55,363 nucleotides of DNA. It comes from Pseudomonadota bacterium (GTDB lineage Bacteria > Desulfobacterota > Desulfobacteria > Desulfobacterales > RPRI01). Where the stretch lies: assembly GCA_043825875.1 (NCBI GenBank), contig JBDRRF010000015.1:1-55363 (forward strand). Direction: 5' to 3'. Shown piece after piece: positions 48,377 to 55,363 of this stretch. Each line of letters opens with the position of its first letter. The stretch's first letter is position 1. Position numbers and translations under genes: made by a program. The notes beneath the pieces are model-generated. The model was not told where the DNA came from and searched no databases. It saw nothing but the letters and a program-made list of their open reading frames with translations.

Positions 48377-49588
48377 TTATATTTTTTTACTTCCCCACAC
48401 TGCATAAACCGGATCGGAATAAATAACCTCTCTTGCATACTCGTCATCTTCGGGTCTTGGCATACCCCTTACTGATTGGGTATGGATATCGGTAAATCCT
48501 TTTGATTGAAGAAAATATTCCAGAACCAATCCTATACGTTCAAATTCATGCAACTCCTTCCAGATGGAAATTACCTTTGGTGGAAACCAGCGATTGGAAA
48601 ATGTTACCACCAGGCAACCTTCGGGTTTTAAAACTCTTAAAATTTCCCGATAGACCTCAAAAGGCTTTGTAAGATACTCTACTGAAACTGTGCAAATCAC
48701 TGCATCAAAAATCTCGTTTTCAAAGGGCAGTTTTGGATTTATATTCAGGTCATGCACAAAATATTCATTCAAGGCAGGGTTTTTTTCCATCTCTACAGCA
48801 TTCATCCCCAGACCTGTAAGTTGTCGTACCTTTAAGCCCTTGGGCATATGAGACTGCCAGCTGCTCATTAAATCCAGAACCTTCATATCAGGCTTTAAAA
48901 CTTTTTCGTATATTCCGGAAACTACTTGTGAAGCCTGCCGGTCAATATGCCCAACAAGCCGGGGTTTTTCATAAAAAACGCCATCATCTTTGCTGTCTAT
49001 TCTTGCAAAGGGATGATCCGAAAAAAAATCAGTTGGTTTCCCGTAGGCCCTGGCCTGCATACCGAGGCCTTCGGTAATGGTTTCAATCCAGTCCATACAA
49101 GACCCGCCCCGTTCATTACTTTTTCCATTTACCTTTAAAAGCGTTACTTTAACATCTATATTGATATCGGACAGAGGATGGTTAAAATCCACTGTTAAAC
49201 AATCTTTATCGGCTGTTAAACATCGAAAAGGCGTCATGTTTTGCTTGTAAATACCAGGCATATTCCTTAAAAGGCCCTTCGGATAAAACCGGCCATTTTT
49301 AGGGTGATTATCTTTCAGTATTTTTGAAGAAGCATCAAACTGTATCGGTCTGAGCTTATGGATATGGCCGGATGAATATTTTGGAATGTATTCACCACTT
49401 TTTAAATTATATTGGAATTTTTCTCCGGGTTTTGCATTGATCAGAGCTTCGTGCATGGGCTTTGGAAAGCAATCACGCCAAAAATTGATATAGTCACTAT
49501 AAAAAATATCGTTATGAACAATATCATTGTTCTGCCAGTTTAATTCAAATCTCAGGTCGGCCTTTTTATCTTCATTATTAATAATCAT
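48377..49588 (-). CDS. Class I SAM-dependent methyltransferase with N-terminal SlyD/FKBP-like segment
   Basis: VDFNHPL motif; FYE.PRLV.HID, VLDLMSSW.SH, DLN..P.LPF, FSNRWFP.K. Confidence 0.8.
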   Translation of the reverse strand: MIINNEDKKADLRFELNWQNNDIVHNDIFYSDYINFWRDCFPKPMHEALINAKPGEKFQYNLKSGEYIPKYSSGHIHKLRPIQFDASSKILKDNHPKNGRFYPKGLLRNMPGIYKQNMTPFRCLTADKDCLTVDFNHPLSDINIDVKVTLLKVNGKSNERGGSCMDWIETITEGLGMQARAYGKPTDFFSDHPFARIDSKDDGVFYEKPRLVGHIDRQASQVVSGIYEKVLKPDMKVLDLMSSWQSHMPKGLKVRQLTGLGMNAVEMEKNPALNEYFVHDLNINPKLPFENEIFDAVICTVSVEYLTKPFEVYREILRVLKPEGCLVVTFSNRWFPPKVISIWKELHEFERIGLVLEYFLQSKGFTDIHTQSVRGMPRPEDDEYAREVIYSDPVYAVWGSKKI

Positions 49589-49987
49589 TTTATCACCTCG
49601 CATTTGGATAATAATAATTTCAAAGTGATTTTTTTAATAAATTAAGCACTATTTACTTTAAGGCAAATACGGAGGCAATTAATCATGTGCAAAGTATATT
49701 GATATCAGAGCTATCTCTTAGATTGGAGTTTAGATGATGTCATATTTGATTTCTATATTTACAAGTTATCTTATATATTTAAAAAACCTTTTTTGAACTC
49801 GTTTTTTTTCTTTCCAATAAATAAATTTTATTCTTTACTTTATTCTAATATTTCCCTAACAATACCCAAAAAATTATAAATGTGATTTGTAGATCATTTA
49901 CTTTTTGCTTTAGCTGATCAAATTGAATTTTCATTATACAACCTATTGTAATTAAATATATATTATAAATATTATACGGATAATTAT

Positions 49988-52240
49988 ATGGAAATCTATG
50001 TATTTGCGGTAGGCATATTATTTGCCGTGGCAAGTATGGATCTAATTGTTGGTGTCAGCAATGATGCAGTTAATTTTCTTAATTCATCGGTTGGCTCCCG
50101 TGTGGCTCCCAGGCATATAATTATGATTGTGGCAAGTCTTGGCATACTTGCCGGTGTTACTTTCTCGGGCGGTATGATGGAGGTGGTTCGAAAAGGCATA
50201 TTTCATCCCAAATACTTTATTATGCCTGAGTTAATAACAATTTTTCTTGCTGTTATGATAACCGATATACTGCTTCTTGATCTGTTCAACACGTTCGGCT
50301 TACCCACATCCACAACGGTTTCCATTGTTTTCGAACTGCTTGGTGCGGCCATTGCCGTTTCTATTGTAAAGATCACACAGAATAACCAGAGCTTGATGGC
50401 ACTTTTTGAATATATAAATACAACAAAGGCATTGAGCATAATATCGGGCATACTGCTTTCTGTGTTTATAGCGTTTATTTGTGGAGCGTTAGCCCAGTTT
50501 GTGACACGACTGGCTTTTACCTTTGATTATGAAAAAAGGTTGCGTCGCTATGGTGGATTATGGTGTGGCCTTGCCCTTACAATGATAATATATTTTATCT
50601 TAATCAAGGGCGCAAAAGGAGCATCTTTCATGACTCCCGATATGGTTGTGTGGATTAAAACCCACACCTGGAATATATTGGGTTATGGTTTTATAGGTTG
50701 TGCATTACTGGCCCAGTTTTTAGCTTTATTTACAAAATTTAATATTCTCAGGGTCATTGTTCTTGCCGGCACCTTCGCTCTTGCCATGGCCTTTGCCGCA
50801 AATGACCTTGTCAATTTTATCGGTGTTCCTTTAGCCGGATACCATGCATTTACACTGGCTAATGCCAGCGCCAATCCCCTGACCATTCCTATGGTGGCAA
50901 TGCAGAAGCAAATTCATACCAATACTTTGTTTCTGCTGGGTGCCGGGGGCATTATGGTGGTAACATTATGGTTATCCCGTAAAGCACGTACAGTTACCCA
51001 AACTATGGTTAATTTAAGCCGCCAGGATGAAGGGCTTGAAAGGTTTGACACATCCCGTTTATCACGCATTCTGGTACGAACGGTTATCTGGACAATAAAT
51101 ACTTCAAACAAAATTTGCCCTGAATCTGTTAGCGTATGGTGTAGTAAAAGATTTGATGCAAGCGATATTCAACCCGCCCCGGGTTATAATGGAGCCGTTC
51201 CTGAATTTGATTTGCTTCGTGCAAGTGTTAACCTTGTGGTAGCAAGTGCCCTTGTCTCATGGGCAACCAGCATGAAGCTTCCTCTTTCCACTACCTATGT
51301 TACGTTCATGGTTGCCATGGGCACTTCCCTTGCAGATCAGGCATGGGGATCTGAAAGCGCCGTTTATAGGGTTACAGGCGTACTGACTGTTATCGGCGGA
51401 TGGTTTTTTACCGCTTTTAGCGCCTTTACTATATCGTTAATTTTTGCCTTTGTACTTTCTTATGTTAACAAATGGGCAGCAATTATTCTGTTACTGACTG
51501 TGGTAGGGCTTATAATCTTTAGAAATTTCAAAATTTACGGTCATAGGGAAAAAGCAACCAATGAGTTGGAACTGCTTGATTTGAAACGTGTTAGTAATGC
51601 AGATTATGCTGTACGGACTTGCTTTGAGCATAGCGGACATTTTCTGAAAGTAGTTAGGAACAACCTGACTTTATGTTTTGACGGCATTCTTACCCAGGAT
51701 CGCAAACAATTAAAGAATTTGCGTAAAGGAACCAGCAAAATTCAGGCATGGTCCAATATTATAGTGGCTAACATATTTAAGACGCTACGACTGCTGCAAC
51801 AAGATGAAACTAAAAATGAAAACGCTGCTAAGTATTCCTATGTTATCTCTGCATTGCAGGAAATTTCCGAGAGTCTGCGCGATATGATACTTAGATGTCA
51901 TGTGCATACTTCAAACCAGCATTCAGGTTTGTTACCTGAACAGAAAAAAGAACTCCAGCAGGTACAAAAATTTATTGAGGCACTGCTTGACGATACCTCC
52001 CGGATTCTGCTTAACCGGGAAACGTTTCAGTATCGCGAAATTGCTGCTCATTATGTAGCGCTTAAACAATTTCTTGAAGATATTGACCACAAACAAGTGG
52101 AAAGGATTTGCTGTAATGAATCAAAAACCAGGCTCAGCATACTGTTTTACGGTATCAATAATGCCTGTATGAAAATCAGCGAACAAACGCTGCAACTACT
52201 GAATATATTTGATGAGATATTTCAACTGGACAAAAAATAA
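49988..52240 (+). CDS. Inorganic phosphate transporter (PiT family) with helical PhoU-like C-terminus
   Basis: GVSNDAVN, GLPTSTT, AANDLVN, LPLSTT. Confidence 0.88.
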   Translation: MEIYVFAVGILFAVASMDLIVGVSNDAVNFLNSSVGSRVAPRHIIMIVASLGILAGVTFSGGMMEVVRKGIFHPKYFIMPELITIFLAVMITDILLLDLFNTFGLPTSTTVSIVFELLGAAIAVSIVKITQNNQSLMALFEYINTTKALSIISGILLSVFIAFICGALAQFVTRLAFTFDYEKRLRRYGGLWCGLALTMIIYFILIKGAKGASFMTPDMVVWIKTHTWNILGYGFIGCALLAQFLALFTKFNILRVIVLAGTFALAMAFAANDLVNFIGVPLAGYHAFTLANASANPLTIPMVAMQKQIHTNTLFLLGAGGIMVVTLWLSRKARTVTQTMVNLSRQDEGLERFDTSRLSRILVRTVIWTINTSNKICPESVSVWCSKRFDASDIQPAPGYNGAVPEFDLLRASVNLVVASALVSWATSMKLPLSTTYVTFMVAMGTSLADQAWGSESAVYRVTGVLTVIGGWFFTAFSAFTISLIFAFVLSYVNKWAAIILLLTVVGLIIFRNFKIYGHREKATNELELLDLKRVSNADYAVRTCFEHSGHFLKVVRNNLTLCFDGILTQDRKQLKNLRKGTSKIQAWSNIIVANIFKTLRLLQQDETKNENAAKYSYVISALQEISESLRDMILRCHVHTSNQHSGLLPEQKKELQQVQKFIEALLDDTSRILLNRETFQYREIAAHYVALKQFLEDIDHKQVERICCNESKTRLSILFYGINNACMKISEQTLQLLNIFDEIFQLDKK

Positions 52241-52349
52241 TTTAGTATGAAGCATCCCCTTAAACGGATTATTATAGAATATAAAAACGTATAAACACCG
52301 TATAAGGGAAAAAATTAGCAATACTTTTTAATTATATTGTACCCGATTA

Positions 52350-53777
52350 TTATATTCCACCAAAGTGATTATCCATGCATAAGATCATGTTAGCTACTGA
52401 AACACCGGTGCTGGCGGTACCATCTGTGATCTGACCATACATAGGCCAGGTTGCCTCACCACAGAAATAAAGCCCTTCCACATCCGGTGATTTCTGTCCG
52501 ATTTTGGGAAGTGAACTGAACTCGTAATGTGAAGGGTGTACAGCGCCTTTGGGAGGTGTCTGAAACTCGATAGCTTTCTTGAAACCGGGATAGATTTCTT
52601 CAAAATTCTCATTCATCTCAGCAGTTATGCCTTCTAAACCAAGCCTGTTAAATTCTTCCTCAGACCTGATCGAGTACGACCAGACTAGTTGTTTACCTGC
52701 CGGAACATTCCAGGGCTGTTCTATGTTCTGTGCGCATCCTCCCTGTATAGTGGAACCCGTTTTAGGATCGTAAACCATAAAGAAAGCTCCATCCAGAGGT
52801 ATCGAATCATTTAGCCCTGTTACAAGAAAAACTCCGCCCATTTTCTGATTCATAGGTAACCGGAGAGTATCTGCAAGTGAAGCCGGCATAATCTTGAATA
52901 GATTAAAGTAATCAGACCATGTTGTTGCCAGTATGACCCGCCTGGCTTTTATGATTTCGTCTGATTTTCCTTCGTGCTTTATCGCTACACCAATTGTTTT
53001 GCCGTTTTTAATAAGCACTTCGGATACGTTCTGGCCGGTCCTGATTTCACATCCGAAGTTTTTGGTAATTGCATCGGCAATTGGTTCACAGATGCCCTTT
53101 TGCACATCCGGTATAGCAACACTCATCAATCCCTGGCCTCCAATCCATAACCTGAACATGACAGCGCCCTTGCCCATGGAACCACGTTCCCAGGTAAAAT
53201 TTGCATCTCCTGTCCATACATAGCCTGCCCAGAGACTGGTAAACAGGTACTTGACAGAAGGGTTTGAAGATCTTGCCTGAACCCATTGCTTTACCGAAAC
53301 CTGATCCCACTCACGGCACATTTCGTTGAAAGGCTTTGTGAGAATCTCGTGTACGAGAGGGCACAATTCCTGCTTCAGGCCGTCTTTGACAAGATCCGGA
53401 CGTGCAGCATCAAGAAATTCAATCATCCATTCCACAGCTGCATCTGTAGTCAGACATTTTGGAACCGTCATAAAAGTCTTTTTGGAACCTTTGAAATAAA
53501 TTCGCGGTTCCCGGCTGGTGTGATAGCGTATATTTGCGCCAAAGTCTTTCGCAGCATTTGCCCAACCGTAACCTCCGCCATTGTTGAGCGTTGTCATGAT
53601 AAGAGGTAGGTGCATGACTATATTGTATCCGTTAAAGCTGTGCGCCGCCGCCCGTCCGCCAACAACTGGCCCCTTTTCGAGCAGCAAAGTCTTCTGCCCT
53701 CCTTTTGCCAGATATCCACTACACACTAAACCGGCAAAACCGGCACCTATTACGATATTCTCAATATTTTCTTTCAT
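52350..53777 (-). CDS. Phytoene-desaturase-family FAD/NAD(P)-dependent oxidoreductase
   Basis: VIGAGFAGL, LEK...VGGRA, GLYFCGE. Confidence 0.8.
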   Translation of the reverse strand: MKENIENIVIGAGFAGLVCSGYLAKGGQKTLLLEKGPVVGGRAAAHSFNGYNIVMHLPLIMTTLNNGGGYGWANAAKDFGANIRYHTSREPRIYFKGSKKTFMTVPKCLTTDAAVEWMIEFLDAARPDLVKDGLKQELCPLVHEILTKPFNEMCREWDQVSVKQWVQARSSNPSVKYLFTSLWAGYVWTGDANFTWERGSMGKGAVMFRLWIGGQGLMSVAIPDVQKGICEPIADAITKNFGCEIRTGQNVSEVLIKNGKTIGVAIKHEGKSDEIIKARRVILATTWSDYFNLFKIMPASLADTLRLPMNQKMGGVFLVTGLNDSIPLDGAFFMVYDPKTGSTIQGGCAQNIEQPWNVPAGKQLVWSYSIRSEEEFNRLGLEGITAEMNENFEEIYPGFKKAIEFQTPPKGAVHPSHYEFSSLPKIGQKSPDVEGLYFCGEATWPMYGQITDGTASTGVSVANMILCMDNHFGGI

Positions 53778-53845
53778 AATACCCTGTTTTATTTAATTAT
53801 AAATTATTTAATGATTATAATCATTGTTAAAAGTCTTTCTATTTA

Positions 53846-53988
53846 GAGCCACTTCCAAAACGTTTCAGTTTGGTCAAGCTCAAGACGGGAGAAAATTTCA
53901 ACCACAGGAATATATTTAGTATTTCGAGGATTGAAATTTGAGCCCAACGCTTAAGATCGGCCAAAATGGGGCGTTTTGAAACTGGCTC
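53846..53988. mobile_element. MITE copy 4 (143 bp)
   Basis: Same TIRs with one extra mismatch; flanking direct repeat TTTA. Confidence 0.9.
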
Positions 53989-54042
53989 TTTAGTTTGAAT
54001 ATAGGACAAGTCGAAAATAAAACAGTAACTGTAAAAAAACAA

Positions 54043-54085
54043 GAAGTTATTTGGGGTGTGTTTTAAATACGCCCCAAATAACTTC
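54043..54085 (-). terminator. Intrinsic terminator after the DUF1329 gene
   Basis: GAAGTTATTTGGGGYGT long inverted repeat followed by a T-rich tail on the minus strand. Confidence 0.8.
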
Positions 54086-54096
54086 ACTAAGCATTC

Positions 54097-55363
54097 CTAT
54101 TTAGACAGCATTAAGAAATTATTTACTGTAAAATAGTCAGGATCCAACTTGGACGCAGGTAAGTACACGCGTGCTTCAGGATGATCCATACGGCCTGACC
54201 ATGTTGCGTGTTTGTATATTTCATCAATATAGAGCTGACTATCATAATCTCCTGTGCTGACCTTGCCGCTTGGCGATTCACTGTAGTGCAACAGCATGCA
54301 AACCCAGGTATGAAATTCGCCGGCCTTGTCATATACCTCCTTATACCATATTGTATAAGTTTCCTGATCAATATAGTTTACATGCAATCCCCAGTTATAA
54401 TAAGGATCTGTAGGCATCTGTTCTACAACCCATACTTTTCTTGGGACATAGGTAAGTGTGCCCGGAGCCGGAGCCCATGCATCACCCTTCCATCCCGGAA
54501 CTTCAAATCCTAATTTCATGCGTTTGCCGCTCCAGGGATATTTAGGAATGGTACTGCCATCAGGCACATCCTGCATTGGAATCATGTTTGGGCTGGTAAA
54601 ACTGACAAGAATTGTCTTTTCTCCTACAACCTTCCATTTCATGGAATCGTTTTTACCGCTCCACATGTAATTCATATCAAGCCATGCATCAGAACCCATA
54701 TATGGGTCGGATCTTGCCGTTGATGCTGTTTGACGTATTCTTCTGATAGCAGGCACATAAGCATAGTTGCTATTATCCCTTTCGTCTATATAGACGTAGG
54801 ACATGGTATTGGTGCCCTTGATACTCATCGGCTCAGTAACTCTCTGAAATTCATATGTAAGAACTTTTTTAGGATTTCTTATTTCCGTGCCCAGAGGCCT
54901 TCCCATCATATAAAGGCGTGTATCAATTCCGGTTATATAACGTTCCTCTGTGGTTTTGTTAATCCACGTTACATAAGAAGCTATTTTTGTCCCCATTAAA
55001 CGATATCTCTGATAATTGAAATTCCAAATGATCTTATTTGCCACCTTGGGATCATTAAGGTCAATATTCGGAAAAGGCATGCCATAAAAATTTGTTTCAG
55101 CAATTTTTCCCGTGCTTTTTTCGATTAAATCACCAGCAGCGTTTACATCGAATCTTCCTGCATTCTTAGCGCTTGCTGCAAGATAGCTGTCCAAATGCTT
55201 GTATTTAAAGTTTATCGTACCAGGCGTAACAACCCAGCCTCCCCTTTCAACCGCCCTGTATAAAGGCGGAATGAGTAAGTCTTTGTATTGAGCGCAGTTA
55301 GATTTGTCTATCAAATTGGGCAAATCTGCAGCCTGTAAAGTACCGCCGATACCCAAAAGAAGA
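54097..55363 (-). CDS. DUF1329-family exported protein (5' end outside the window)
   Basis: YGMPFP, IIWN, YVPAIRRIR, YD..GE pattern typical of DUF1329. Confidence 0.78.
   Translation of the reverse strand, partial: LLLGIGGTLQAADLPNLIDKSNCAQYKDLLIPPLYRAVERGGWVVTPGTINFKYKHLDSYLAASAKNAGRFDVNAAGDLIEKSTGKIAETNFYGMPFPNIDLNDPKVANKIIWNFNYQRYRLMGTKIASYVTWINKTTEERYITGIDTRLYMMGRPLGTEIRNPKKVLTYEFQRVTEPMSIKGTNTMSYVYIDERDNSNYAYVPAIRRIRQTASTARSDPYMGSDAWLDMNYMWSGKNDSMKWKVVGEKTILVSFTSPNMIPMQDVPDGSTIPKYPWSGKRMKLGFEVPGWKGDAWAPAPGTLTYVPRKVWVVEQMPTDPYYNWGLHVNYIDQETYTIWYKEVYDKAGEFHTWVCMLLHYSESPSGKVSTGDYDSQLYIDEIYKHATWSGRMDHPEARVYLPASKLDPDYFTVNNFLMLSK

Noticed and set aside
52350..53777. Desaturase-like gene as part of the terpenoid cassette pathway
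   Set aside because: Over 40 kb away, in a different context, and the family is functionally broad; no evidence of linkage
896..54999. Numerous short ORFs nested in or antisense to long genes
   Set aside because: Shadow frames of well-supported CDSs

Overview
AT-rich bacterial chromosomal window. The gene content (Hdr-like Fe-S protein, STAS-like small proteins, DUF1329, sigma54 regulators) suggests an anaerobic Desulfobacterota-like organism; this is an inference. Housekeeping genes (ispF-cysS-uvrB-uvrC, trkAH, csp, rlmL-like, pit, ABC-F) are interspersed with accessory loci. Main highlights: (1) a three-gene cassette encoding an AttH/CrtC-type lipocalin-like domain fused to a type-III-GGPPS-like trans-prenyltransferase, plus a MacB/LolCDE-type ABC exporter; this is my best candidate for an undescribed system. 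(2) A hidden selenoprotein: two ORFs at 16587-17906 are joined by an in-frame UGA (TEUGH) with a SECIS hairpin, behind a sigma54 promoter with paired enhancer palindromes. (3) Four copies of a ~142-bp hairpin MITE, each with its own 4-bp target duplication and a covarying internal stem. (4) A phosphorelay next to a putative operon containing two STAS-like paralogs, a GC-rich chimeric sigma54 activator that shares its 5' end with the neighbouring gene, and a divergent UDPGP-like enzyme. (5) An unannotated 50-aa gene downstream of csp, and a secreted 33-aa-repeat protein. No rRNA, tRNA, CRISPR array or transposase was seen. All calls come from reading motifs by eye; no database searches were run.
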